A stretch of 32,289 nucleotides of DNA from Bacteriovoracaceae bacterium (GCA_049599895.1 JBMYPC010000018.1:1-32289), one strand, 5' to 3'. Positions 1 through 9,467 are shown, numbered from the stretch's first letter. The notes: generated from the letters alone by a model not told the origin. Numbers and translations: made by a program.

Positions 1-596
1 TCCTGAACTTGCTTAGCAAGGGCCAAAGGGTTTTCTTTAAAGTTTGGATGATTTAAAATTCTTTGTTGCATTCCTTGAATGACTCGAATGTAATTCTCAT
101 AAAGACTTTGAGAATAATATCCAGAATGAAGTTCAATCGAATCATTAAGAAGTTCTGGTGTGATTGTATTGGGTCTCCCTGTTCTTAAAGTAAGAGCAAA
201 GGTATCACCTCTAATCACTTTAAGCTGCTCTTCGCTGGTTGAGCTTTTTGAAACCACATCAAGAATTCCGTTGAGAAAACGATGCTTTTTACTAAGTTCT
301 ACAAAGTTCGCTGGCTCAGGACTCATTAACTTTTGAAGTTCAGCATCGATGTTAGGATCTCGATCAGCAATATTTTTCTCGGCCGCTTTAATCATTTCCT
401 CAGCCGTTAAGCCTTCATAACTTGGAAGAGAAACTGCCTTAGACGCCCTGATTGAGCTTGAAATAGACGGAAGACAACTTGCCTCATCATCTTCAGCATA
501 AGCTGATTGAAAGACCACAAGAGAACCTACAAGCAAAATAAGTGCTTGTAGGGAGCAAGGAAAATGCAAGAAAATCTTGGGTCTCAATTTTTTCAT
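1..596 (-). CDS. Hypothetical exported protein, 3'-truncated by the window edge
   Basis: Manual translation from ATG at 596 (MKKLRPKIFLHFPCSLQALILLVGSLVVFQSAYA-EDDEASC...) stays open to position 1. Signal-peptide-like N-terminus ending AYA; AAGGA lies upstream. Not in the ORF track. Confidence 0.75.
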   Translation of the reverse strand, partial: MKKLRPKIFLHFPCSLQALILLVGSLVVFQSAYAEDDEASCLPSISSSIRASKAVSLPSYEGLTAEEMIKAAEKNIADRDPNIDAELQKLMSPEPANFVELSKKHRFLNGILDVVSKSSTSEEQLKVIRGDTFALTLRTGRPNTITPELLNDSIELHSGYYSQSLYENYIRVIQGMQQRILNHPNFKENPLALAKQVQ

Positions 597-706
597 GATT
601 CCTTATTTTTATCACGCCTAGGCGTTAAAATATGGAATTCTCTAAAAATTACATGCCTGCTTAGTTGCTGAACGGCTGATCAGAAGAAGGTTTTGGGGAA
701 TAATAT

Positions 707-733
707 AAAAAGCCTGAAGAAACTTCAGGCTTT
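707..733 (-). terminator. Intrinsic terminator of the oxidase operon
   Basis: AGCCTGAAG (711-719), 3-nt loop, CTTCAGGCT (723-731), followed by a T run on the minus strand, about 35 nt after the last operon gene. Confidence 0.8.
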
Positions 734-767
734 ATCGAAACTGTCTAAAAATTTGATAATTTTTAAA

Positions 768-935
768 TCACTTACCGTGTCGTTTATCGTCTTTAATGTA
801 GATAAAAACCTTTAAGATCACGAAAACAACAATAAGGAAAATCGGAATTCCCCAATAAGGCATTGAAAACTGATCAGGGATAGGTTGTTTTAATGGGGCT
901 GCTGCTGCGACTGATTCTTTAACTTCGTTATTCAT
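768..935 (-). CDS. 55-aa single-pass membrane protein, last gene of the oxidase operon
   Basis: Manual translation MNNEVKESVAAAAPLKQPIPDQFSMPYWGIPIFLIVVFVILKVFIYIKDDKRHGK*. Strong SD (GGAGGGG) right after the subunit IV stop, one hydrophobic helix, followed by the terminator. Confidence 0.8.
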   Translation of the reverse strand: MNNEVKESVAAAAPLKQPIPDQFSMPYWGIPIFLIVVFVILKVFIYIKDDKRHGK

Positions 936-945
936 TTTCCCCTCC

Positions 946-1233
946 CTATCTGTACATTGACTCTAAAATAACGACGATTGCATAGATCCCAGCCGAGATT
1001 GGAATTGCCGCAATGAACTTGAGCCACTTTGTTTCATGATTTAAGTGCATATAAAAATAAGCAACAACAAAAGCTTTCCCAATAGCGAGAAAAGTAAGTG
1101 AACTTGCTTTCATCGCATAGGAGAGGTTTTCTGTTTCTGGAATCCAAATTTCAATAATAGTTAAGACACAAAGAGCTGCAAAAACAAGCCAATACTCTAA
1201 GTGCTGCTTTTTTCTCGATAGTTCTTTTCCCAT
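946..1233 (-). CDS. ctaF: Cytochrome c oxidase subunit IV family protein
   Basis: Three TM helices, KAFVVAYFYMHL motif typical of prokaryotic subunit IV, operon context. Confidence 0.88.
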   Translation of the reverse strand: MGKELSRKKQHLEYWLVFAALCVLTIIEIWIPETENLSYAMKASSLTFLAIGKAFVVAYFYMHLNHETKWLKFIAAIPISAGIYAIVVILESMYR

Positions 1234-1265
1234 TCCTATTTCCTCTTTAAATATCCGTGACGCTT

Positions 1266-1922
1266 TTAACTTTTACTAAATGCCGCATTAATAAGAAGCC
1301 CTACATCGATCATCATTCGATCAACAGACTCCTTATCATGTCCGTAAAAAGCTCTCACATTTCCTTTTTTATCTACTAAAAACATTCTATCTGAATAAAC
1401 ATTTTGTCCCTGTTCATTAATCATAAAAGGGACCTTTAAAGAGTTATTGGCAAACTCTTTAAGCTTCGCTCTCTCGGCAGTGACAAACTTCCATACGAAA
1501 GGATTGGAGTCATAAGATCGAGAGACATTATAAAGATCTTTGAGACTTACTTTTTCAGGGGCAGCATTAAGAGAAACGATGGCCATATTAGTTCCAAGCC
1601 CACGAACTCGTTTTTGAATTTTTTGAAGACCCCTAAGTTTTCCATCACATTCTGCTGTCTTACATGAAAAGTCATGAAAATGAATGATCGAAAGACGATC
1701 GTTTAAAATCGCATTATTAATCTTTTCATTTTGTTCTGTTTGGAACTCAAAAGACTGAAGCTTAAAAAGAATCGGCAACTCTGCAGGCAGACTTCTATTT
1801 AACGATCGATAAATAGGGTAAGTGAAAACAATACTTAAAAAGATAATCCAAACCAAAGGCTTAGTGGCAAGCTTTTCAATTATTGAATCATCTCTTTTAA
1901 AAGCAACACCTTTAGTGGCCAT
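1266..1922 (-). CDS. SCO/SenC-like thioredoxin-fold protein with an atypical Cu site
   Basis: N-terminal TM anchor; FSCKTAEC at the CxxxC position; VSLNAAPEK, WKFVTA and MFLVDKKGNVRAFY match SCO segments. Confidence 0.75.
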   Translation of the reverse strand: MATKGVAFKRDDSIIEKLATKPLVWIIFLSIVFTYPIYRSLNRSLPAELPILFKLQSFEFQTEQNEKINNAILNDRLSIIHFHDFSCKTAECDGKLRGLQKIQKRVRGLGTNMAIVSLNAAPEKVSLKDLYNVSRSYDSNPFVWKFVTAERAKLKEFANNSLKVPFMINEQGQNVYSDRMFLVDKKGNVRAFYGHDKESVDRMMIDVGLLINAAFSKS

Positions 1923-1936
1923 AACGATGCTCTGTC

Positions 1937-2824
1937 CTATTGATTAACAAGTTTTCCTAAAAGTTCTTTACGTTTCTTTTGGTCATCTTTTGTTTCCATA
2001 AGATCTTTAACGTAATAAGAAACAGCCCAAATTTCTTGATCTGAGAGAGTGTCCTTCCAACTTGGCATTGCTGTACCACCAACACCTGCTAAGAGTCTCA
2101 CATAGATCTCTGGAACAGTTCTAGCTGATCGAACATGGTGCCAAGTAAAATCTGGCGGGATATTAAGATATCCATGCTCAGTTTCTTGAAGCTTAATCTT
2201 ATAGAGATCATCTTCAAACTCTTCAATTGGCTCGTCATTGTATTTCATTGAATATTTATTTAGCTCATCTTTCGTTACATAGGCCCTGTGACAAGTCTGA
2301 CACTGAGCAACTGCGTGATAAACCTCTTTACCAAGTTCAATGGCTGCCGTTTTATGGGCCATACCAAATGGATCCTTCCCTGCAACAAGCTTCTCACCAA
2401 GAGTCTTATCCTTTCCTTCCCAGGCATCTGGAGCAAAAGTTTTAATGTATTGAACGACTGCGTGTTTCGCACCATCAGTCATATCCCAAGGAAGCATCGC
2501 TGATCCGTGTAGACCTTCATCGAGTATTTTAAAAAAGTCATCATCATGCGGAAGTTCTCCCGCGACAACTCGACCAAATTTATAAATACCAAGCTTTAAG
2601 TTTCTTGGTGGTACCTGCATTCCCTTAGCGGCAACCCCGTTTCCATCACCACTTTCTCCGTGGCATGGCATACAGTATTCCGTATAAATGAGCTTTCCTT
2701 TATTTAAAGTTTTCGCATCAACATAAAGATTTCCAGCGAAATACTTCCCTTCCACGAACTCTTTTTTAGAACAAGAGACCAGGGCCAGTAAGCTCACAAA
2801 GAAGAAGATCCTACTCATTTTCAT
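1937..2824 (-). CDS. Diheme cytochrome c lipoprotein
   Basis: Lipobox LVSC; CMPCH and CQTCH; distal Met motifs GSAMLPW and GTAMPSW. Confidence 0.88.
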   Translation of the reverse strand: MKMSRIFFFVSLLALVSCSKKEFVEGKYFAGNLYVDAKTLNKGKLIYTEYCMPCHGESGDGNGVAAKGMQVPPRNLKLGIYKFGRVVAGELPHDDDFFKILDEGLHGSAMLPWDMTDGAKHAVVQYIKTFAPDAWEGKDKTLGEKLVAGKDPFGMAHKTAAIELGKEVYHAVAQCQTCHRAYVTKDELNKYSMKYNDEPIEEFEDDLYKIKLQETEHGYLNIPPDFTWHHVRSARTVPEIYVRLLAGVGGTAMPSWKDTLSDQEIWAVSYYVKDLMETKDDQKKRKELLGKLVNQ

Positions 2825-2848
2825 TTACCTTTTCCTAAAATAACCTTC

Positions 2849-3424
2849 TCACCAAATAAAAAGAGAGAAGAATAAAATTAACCAAATAACATCTAAAAAG
2901 TGCCAAAACTTTGAAACAAAGCTTACGCGTCCAGCATAGTCTTTTTCTAATCCCCTCTCACCAAGAGCTGGAAAAAGAAAAAAGAGTGCAGCCACCGCGA
3001 AAACAATATGAGCAGCATGAGTCCAAGTCAGGGCATAGAGAACAGATTGAAAAATCCCCTCTCCTGCAACATAACCTTTGGCCTCAAGATCAAACCAAAA
3101 ATAGGTTTGAACTGCCATAAAAGCGGTCCCAAGAACAATCGTACTCCAAAGCCAAGCTTTGGCAGTTTGTGACTGCCTTTGATCGCAACATTTCTTCAAA
3201 GTAAAACTACTTAAAAGAATGATAAACGTACTCAATAGAGGAAGAGTCAAAGACACTCTCTCTAATCCCATTGGTGGCCAAGCCTCGCTTGTGAGACGAA
3301 AAGCCACATAGCCAAACATCATCGTCGCAAAAAGCATCGAAAAAGAAAGAAGCACAACGATTTCACTCACTGAGCGTCCTACTTCCTTTTGCTTTGAGAG
3401 AATCTGTTGTTCAGCTAATTCCAA
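2849..3424 (-). CDS. ctaE: Cytochrome c oxidase subunit III (short 5-TM form, copy 1)
   Basis: LTWTHAAHI and FWHFLDVIW motifs; TTG start directly after subunit I. Confidence 0.88.
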   Translation of the reverse strand: MELAEQQILSKQKEVGRSVSEIVVLLSFSMLFATMMFGYVAFRLTSEAWPPMGLERVSLTLPLLSTFIILLSSFTLKKCCDQRQSQTAKAWLWSTIVLGTAFMAVQTYFWFDLEAKGYVAGEGIFQSVLYALTWTHAAHIVFAVAALFFLFPALGERGLEKDYAGRVSFVSKFWHFLDVIWLILFFSLFIW

Positions 3425-3428
3425 AGTT

Positions 3429-5162
3429 TTAAGCTCCCGCTAATTCTTCAGTTTGATACTGATAATCTTTTCCCTCCTCAAGAGCTGGGTTTCCATACTC
3501 ATGCGGTCCACACTTAACAACTGGAATTTTATCGAAGTTGTGAACAGGAGCCGGTGAAGGAATAGTCCATTCAAGTGTTCCCACTTCCCAAGGATTTGCA
3601 CTTGCTTTTTCTTTCTTAAAGAAAACTGCGTAGCAAAAGTTCCAAACAAAAATGATCTGCGCTAATCCCATTAAAAAAGCTGAATAAGTCACAAAAGTGT
3701 TGATGGGAATGAGTTTTTCAAGGAATTCATAAACAAACGGGTTATAAAGACGTCTGTGCATTCCACCGTAACCCACAATCATCATTCCCATGAAGACACC
3801 ATTAAGACCAAGCATGGTTAGCCAAAAGTGCGCTTTTGCCCAAAACTCGTTCATCATCACACCAAACATCTTTGGCATCCAAAAATAAACGCCGGCAAAT
3901 CCACCAAGAAGAACAGACGCCGCCATTGTGTAATGGAAGTGACCAACAACAAAATAAGTATCGTGAAGGTAAAGGTCAGTTGTCACAGTTCCAAGATAAA
4001 GACCGGTTAAACCACCAAGACCGAAAACGAAAACAACTCCTAAAGAGAAAAGCATAGGAGATGTAAATCTTATTGAACCTCTCCAAATTGTCCCGAGCCA
4101 GTTCGTAAAGAAGATCGCCGAAGGAATCGAGATGGTCATCGTCAGAGTCATAAATGTTTGCGTTAAAAGCGGACTCATCTGAGTCGTAAACATGTGGTGA
4201 CCGTAAACGACTGTTGAAAGAACAGTAATTGCCGTCATCGAAAGAGCTGTTGCTTTTGCCCCAAAGGCTGGCTTTCTTGCAAAGAAAGATAAAAAGTCGG
4301 AAACAACACCCCACGCCGGAAGAATAAGAATATAAACTTCAGGGTGGCCAAAAATCCAAAAAACATGTTGAAAGAGAATCGGATCTCCGGTTCCACTTGT
4401 TGCTGCAGCTCCTGCAAGAAAGAAGTTTGTTCCAAACATTCGATCGAAAATCAGAAGAAGAACACCAGCACCAAGAACTGGAATAAAGATTGCGTTAAGA
4501 ATCGCTGTTAACCACAGTCCCCAAATTGTGAGTGGCATATCAAAGTATCCCATCCCTGGAGCTCGAAGAACGATAATCGTTGTAATGTAATTAACCGCAC
4601 CAAGGGTTGAAGAAACACCTAATATAAAGATGGCCCAACACCAAAGGGTTTGACCTGCACCAGGAGAACCTATCAGCGTCGAAAGGGTGGGGTAAGAGGT
4701 CCATCCCCCGGCGGCGGCTCCAAGTGGTGAAAAAATTGAAATAAGAACAAGAGCACCAGATAAAAAAGCAAACCAAAAGGAAAGCATATTCATTAAAGGT
4801 GACCACATATCCCGAGCGCCAATCATAAGCGGTATGCAGAAGTTTCCGAACGCTCCAATAAGTATCGGAGTAATGGCATAGAAGATCATGATCGTTCCGT
4901 GCATAGTAAATAACATGGCATAAGTATCAGGAGGAATGACACCACCAGATGTTGGAAAGAAGAGCTTTCCAATAAGTGGAAATGGTTGTCCTGGAAAAGC
5001 AAGAGTCCAACGAATCATTAAGGCCATGATTCCGCCAACTCCTAAAAAGAAAATTCCGTACCAAAGAAATTGCTTCGCGATGACTTTGTGGTCAAAGCTT
5101 ATAATGTACTTTGATAAAAATGTTTTCGGGGCATCGTGAATATGCTGCTCAAAAAATGCCAT
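3429..5162 (-). CDS. ctaD: Heme-copper oxidase subunit I, A-family (A1 signature)
   Basis: DHKVI, TMHGTIM, FGHPEVY, YGHHMF, LHDTYFVVGHFHY, GMHRR. Confidence 0.97.
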   Translation of the reverse strand: MAFFEQHIHDAPKTFLSKYIISFDHKVIAKQFLWYGIFFLGVGGIMALMIRWTLAFPGQPFPLIGKLFFPTSGGVIPPDTYAMLFTMHGTIMIFYAITPILIGAFGNFCIPLMIGARDMWSPLMNMLSFWFAFLSGALVLISIFSPLGAAAGGWTSYPTLSTLIGSPGAGQTLWCWAIFILGVSSTLGAVNYITTIIVLRAPGMGYFDMPLTIWGLWLTAILNAIFIPVLGAGVLLLIFDRMFGTNFFLAGAAATSGTGDPILFQHVFWIFGHPEVYILILPAWGVVSDFLSFFARKPAFGAKATALSMTAITVLSTVVYGHHMFTTQMSPLLTQTFMTLTMTISIPSAIFFTNWLGTIWRGSIRFTSPMLFSLGVVFVFGLGGLTGLYLGTVTTDLYLHDTYFVVGHFHYTMAASVLLGGFAGVYFWMPKMFGVMMNEFWAKAHFWLTMLGLNGVFMGMMIVGYGGMHRRLYNPFVYEFLEKLIPINTFVTYSAFLMGLAQIIFVWNFCYAVFFKKEKASANPWEVGTLEWTIPSPAPVHNFDKIPVVKCGPHEYGNPALEEGKDYQYQTEELAGA

Positions 5163-5190
5163 TTTCCCTATCTCCTAATGATCTCTATAT

Positions 5191-6087
5191 TTATAATGTT
5201 GTACTTGATAATCGTTCTCGACTCTCTTTACTAAGATTTGGTTGCCATTTCCAACCCCAGTAAAGATCCGGATCTTCTGGATCATTGTCTTCGAAAGCTC
5301 TCTCTTGGGCTTCTTTCATCCAAGCGTTGTAATCAGCTTCGTTCATTGCTGTATACTTGGCCTGCATTCTATAGTGATAAGTCCCGCACATCTCGGCGCA
5401 GGCAAGATCAAAAGTTCCCGTTTTTACAAAATCGATCCACATTCTTGTAATTCTTCCAGGAATCGCATCAACTTTTCTTCTTGTATTTGGAAGATAAAGT
5501 GCATGGATCACATCTTTTGAAATCACTTGGAAAACTACTTTCTTATGAGTGGGAACTTTTAAATCATTAAATGTGATGACATCGTCTTCAGTATTGAAAA
5601 CACCATCTTTTCCAGCGTAACGAAAGTTCCACGCCCACTGTTGCGCCATAACTTCAATTCTTTCAACTGGCTCTTTATCTTCTTCAGGCCAGTTAATAAA
5701 AACTTCTGTGTAATCAATTGATGACTTTGTTGAGATGTATGAATCGATACAAAAGAAAACCGCTGCACCAATCACTGTTGCGATAGTGATGTGAACTTTT
5801 TTATTTCCATAAGTATACTCAGGCTTAGGATGCTTCTTGGCTGAGTAAAGATAAGAAAAACCAAAAAGACCAAGACAAACAAGAGCAAAAAAGAAAATGT
5901 TCATGTAAGTGGTGTAACCAAAAAGCCAATCGATTAAGTGTCCATTAGCTGAGATATCTTCTGGTGGAAGCATTCGGCTCCAAAGACTTCCACTAAATTT
6001 TTCACCTACCTGAGCGGCACCTTCTACCAAAAACCCAGTCATTTTAAACAGAGCCGTGTCCATTATTTGAGATAAATAATTACTCAT
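5191..6087 (-). CDS. ctaC: Cytochrome c oxidase subunit II (CuA, no fused cytochrome c)
   Basis: Two TM helices, AQQWAWNF, DVIH and CAEMCGTYHYRM CuA ligands; no CxxCH. Confidence 0.95.
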   Translation of the reverse strand: MSNYLSQIMDTALFKMTGFLVEGAAQVGEKFSGSLWSRMLPPEDISANGHLIDWLFGYTTYMNIFFFALVCLGLFGFSYLYSAKKHPKPEYTYGNKKVHITIATVIGAAVFFCIDSYISTKSSIDYTEVFINWPEEDKEPVERIEVMAQQWAWNFRYAGKDGVFNTEDDVITFNDLKVPTHKKVVFQVISKDVIHALYLPNTRRKVDAIPGRITRMWIDFVKTGTFDLACAEMCGTYHYRMQAKYTAMNEADYNAWMKEAQERAFEDNDPEDPDLYWGWKWQPNLSKESRERLSSTTL

Positions 6088-6202
6088 TTCGCTACCTTTA
6101 AAAAATATCTTTTAAGTTGTCGTTTATATTAGCATAGAAGGAGTACGATGAATACGAGGAAAGACGACTTATGCACCGCAATCTCAAGACAAAAATTCCC
6201 AT

Positions 6203-8083
6203 CTAGTTTTTGAGTAACACCATGGCAAGCATCACGAGAGGCAGATAGATAATTGTTGAGTAAAAGTATCTTCTTGCCCAAAGCTTTAGACCATTCGCAG
6301 TAACAAAGTCTTTTCCCTGAAAGGAAGTGTTAATCAGCATGAGAGCACCTAGAACCAGTGAAACTCCTAAATAGGACTTGCTCACTGAACCAAAAACACT
6401 TGGCAAGGCCGAGAGAACAACCAGGCTAACAGTGCAAAGCAAAATCATCCAATAAGCACCTGAATAGCTCATCTTTTCTGTATAAACTTTAAGACTTGCT
6501 GCACTGTAATCTTCTTTATGAAAGAGTGTGATGGAAAAAAAGTGGGGAACTTGCCAAAAGAACATAAAAGCAAAGAGGCATCCCACTAAAAAATTAAATC
6601 GCTCAGAAACCAAGGAATATCCGAGCATAGGGGGAAGAGCTCCGGGAATTGCTCCAACAAAAAGGTTGAAGGCAGACTTTCTTTTCATCGGAGTATAAAG
6701 AAGAACGTACGTTAAAGAAGCAATTGCCGTTAAAACTGTAACTCTTAAGTTAAACCAAAATAACAGCGCCCCCAAACCAAGAATTGTAAAAAAGATCCCA
6801 CAAAAGAGAACCATTGATCCGGGAAGCCTTCCGGAAGGAAGTGGACGGTCTTTAGTTCGATTCATTTTCCCATCAACATCTTTTTCCATATAGCAATTAA
6901 GAGCCGCCCCACTGACAACTACTAGGCCAATAAGAAAAAGACCCCAAACTGCTTTAAAAAAGTTAATCGTATCGGGAGCCACTAAAAGTCCTACCACAGC
7001 AGAGATGAGAACAAGTCCAGATAGTTTTGGCTTTGTTAGGCTAAAAAGATCAGAGAGAACCGAATGGGTATTCGTGAGTTCAAATTTCTTTTGAACAGCA
7101 CTAAGAAACAGCGCTTGAACCCAAAGAATCATAAGAACTAATGTTGCGATCGAAAGGTGAAGAGTTGTTGGAAGAACCGCTAGGTTTTTCCAAATCATAA
7201 TCAGCCCTAAGGCCACTTGAAATAAAATAAGAAGAGGAACTAAAACGAAAGAAACTCGAAGCCAAAAAAGTTTTTTAAATGCTTCACCAAGAGAGTTCTT
7301 TAAATTTTTATAAATAAAATAGCTAGTCCAAGAAACAAATCCCGTTACAATTACAGCAAAAATTCGATGAAGCCAATGAAGTTGAGATTCAGGTGCAAGA
7401 GGTAAGAGAGTAAGTCCCCATTTTTTCATATCAAAACAAAGAAAAACAGATTGCTCGCCAAGTCCACAAGCAGCCCCTGCTCCAGAATGCCTCATAAAGG
7501 CGCCTAGAAGCATTTGTCCATAAAAGAGAACGAGACTGATAAAAGCCAAATGTGTGGCAATAGGTTTCCAGTTTTCCCTAAAAACTTCTTTTGAACTTTC
7601 AAGTTTTTGCCAAAATGAATCTCGCGCAAAAAGTAAAAAGTTTAAATAAAGTAGGCTTAAAGTGTAGATCATTGAAAGAGCGAGGTGAAAAGTTGAAACC
7701 ATTGTGGGAAGTTTCATATAAACCGTAAGGCCTCCAAGAAGACCTTGAATAATCACAAGAACAAGTACTGCCCAAGAAGTAAAATAAACTTTTCTTCCTA
7801 ACTTTCTTGTAAAGATCACTAAAAGAATTGAAAAGAATCCAACCAAGCTTGCGAGTAGTCGGTGACCATGTTCTATAAAAACATTTCCCACCATTTTGGG
7901 AAAAAATTCACCGTAACAAAGAGGCCAATCAGGACAGGCCAAAGACGATTCAGTATTATGAACAACCCCACCCCAGGTAATAAGTGTGAAAGTTAATAAA
8001 AGTGTAATTCCTCCCAAAACCTGAGAGAGCTTAGCGAATTTTTGATTATTTAAATTTTCTGAATTGGTTTTATCTAATAACAC
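6203..8083 (-). CDS. ctaA-ctaB: Fused heme A synthase (CtaA/COX15) and protoheme IX farnesyltransferase (CtaB/CyoE)
   Basis: N-half has CPDWPLC, IEHGHR, LHWLHR. C-half has LTKPK, EKDVDGKMNRTKDRPLPSG, YTPMKR, GAIPGALPP, WQVPHF. Confidence 0.93.
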   Translation of the reverse strand: MLLDKTNSENLNNQKFAKLSQVLGGITLLLTFTLITWGGVVHNTESSLACPDWPLCYGEFFPKMVGNVFIEHGHRLLASLVGFFSILLVIFTRKLGRKVYFTSWAVLVLVIIQGLLGGLTVYMKLPTMVSTFHLALSMIYTLSLLYLNFLLFARDSFWQKLESSKEVFRENWKPIATHLAFISLVLFYGQMLLGAFMRHSGAGAACGLGEQSVFLCFDMKKWGLTLLPLAPESQLHWLHRIFAVIVTGFVSWTSYFIYKNLKNSLGEAFKKLFWLRVSFVLVPLLILFQVALGLIMIWKNLAVLPTTLHLSIATLVLMILWVQALFLSAVQKKFELTNTHSVLSDLFSLTKPKLSGLVLISAVVGLLVAPDTINFFKAVWGLFLIGLVVVSGAALNCYMEKDVDGKMNRTKDRPLPSGRLPGSMVLFCGIFFTILGLGALLFWFNLRVTVLTAIASLTYVLLYTPMKRKSAFNLFVGAIPGALPPMLGYSLVSERFNFLVGCLFAFMFFWQVPHFFSITLFHKEDYSAASLKVYTEKMSYSGAYWMILLCTVSLVVLSALPSVFGSVSKSYLGVSLVLGALMLINTSFQGKDFVTANGLKLWARRYFYSTIIYLPLVMLAMVLLKN

Positions 8084-8260
8084 TTAAGGTCTCACCTAGA
8101 GGGCCATATTTTATTTGCTGAATTATCAATCTTTTTAGTAGGTTATTTATACACAAGGCGTATGAGCTAATCAATCAAAAAGCCCTCTAGGTCCCATAGA
8201 AAGATTTGAGGCAAAACTGCTAACGCCTTAATATTTAAACCATTTTTTTAGGACGGAAAC

Positions 8261-9343
8261 GTGAAAACTTATTATCGAGATTACCTAGGACTTAACACAT
8301 TGCTAGATAGCCAAAAGCCTATGAGTTTTGACACCGACAATCCGATTCAAGATGAGATGCTCTTTATCATCGTTCATCAAGTTTACGAACTTTGGTTTAA
8401 ACAAATGCTCCATGAGCTAAAACAAATTCAAGAGCTCATGTCAGTCGCTCCTATTCGTGAAAAAGAACTCAATATCGTCTCTTCTAAGTTTCAAAGAATT
8501 AAAGCAATTCAAGGGCTCATGACAGGGCCTCTTGAAATTCTTGAAACTATGACACCAATGGACTTTCTTGAATTCAGAGATCTCATTGTTCCGGCCTCTG
8601 GTTTTCAAAGTGTTCAGTTTCGAGAAATTGAAATTCGCCTCGGCCTTACAGAAGGTTTAAAGTCTCCCGTTGATCGAAAGTTCTTTATGGGAAGAATGGA
8701 CGAGCAAGATCAAAACCATATTCGCTCAATTGGTTCAAACTCATTGTTTCATCTTGTGGAAGGCTGGTTAGAAAGAATGCCATTCGGAAAAATGAAAAAC
8801 TTTAATTTCTGGAAGTCTTATGAAGCGGCTGTTAATAAAATGCTTGATTCAGAAAAAAATATTATCGAAGAAAACCAAGCTGAACTTTCAAGTGAGTTAA
8901 TGGAGACTCAACTTCAAAAACTTAATGAAACTCAAAAACATTTTGAAAGTCTTATGGACGAAGAAAAGTATAAAGCTCTTATTGAAAGTGGAAATAAAAG
9001 ACTTTCCCAGAAGGCCACCCTTAATGCTCTTTTTATTTTACTCTATCGATCTGAACCTCTTCTTCATCAACCCTTTCAAATCCTCACTCACTTAATGGAC
9101 ATCGATGAAAACTTCACTTCATGGAGATATCGCCATTCGATTCTTGCGCAAAGAATGCTTGGAAGAAAGATTGGAACAGGTGGATCGTCTGGTCATGAGT
9201 ACTTAAAAAGAACGGCTGAACAAAATAGAGTTTTTCTCGATATTTTTGATCTTTCTTCGTTTTTAATCCCCAATAGAATGAAACCAACACTGCCTACAGA
9301 GCTAAAAGAGAAGCTCTCCTTTCACTATGAAATTAATCCCTAG
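8261..9343 (+). CDS. kynA: Tryptophan 2,3-dioxygenase (long form)
   Basis: DEMLFIIVHQVYELWFKQ, PASGFQSVQFREIE, WRYRH, GTGGSSG; GTG start. Confidence 0.96.
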   Translation: MKTYYRDYLGLNTLLDSQKPMSFDTDNPIQDEMLFIIVHQVYELWFKQMLHELKQIQELMSVAPIREKELNIVSSKFQRIKAIQGLMTGPLEILETMTPMDFLEFRDLIVPASGFQSVQFREIEIRLGLTEGLKSPVDRKFFMGRMDEQDQNHIRSIGSNSLFHLVEGWLERMPFGKMKNFNFWKSYEAAVNKMLDSEKNIIEENQAELSSELMETQLQKLNETQKHFESLMDEEKYKALIESGNKRLSQKATLNALFILLYRSEPLLHQPFQILTHLMDIDENFTSWRYRHSILAQRMLGRKIGTGGSSGHEYLKRTAEQNRVFLDIFDLSSFLIPNRMKPTLPTELKEKLSFHYEINP

Positions 9344-9437
9344 TTTGTAATTTCAATATCCTACGAGTGTTAACCGACACAAAGGACATGTGTTAGCACC
9401 TTTTACAAAATAAATCGTGTAATTATTTTCAGGTCAA

Positions 9438-9467
9438 TTGAAGCCAATGTGACTCTACCTGTATAAC
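9438..9467 (+). promoter_or_regulatory. Candidate sigma70 promoter of the 307-aa secreted protein
   Basis: TTGAAG (9438-9443), N18, TATAAC (9462-9467); GGAGG SD before ATG 9535. Confidence 0.4.

Noticed and set aside
5191..6087. caa3-type subunit II
   Set aside because: No CxxCH after the CuA domain.
8084..8260. FNR-like box in the ctaA-ctaB/kynA divergent region
   Set aside because: ATCAA half-sites exist, but no TTGAT-N4-ATCAA with correct spacing.
9366..9400. Bulged hairpin after kynA as a riboswitch or sRNA
   Set aside because: Weak pairing and no recognisable aptamer consensus; at most a poor terminator.
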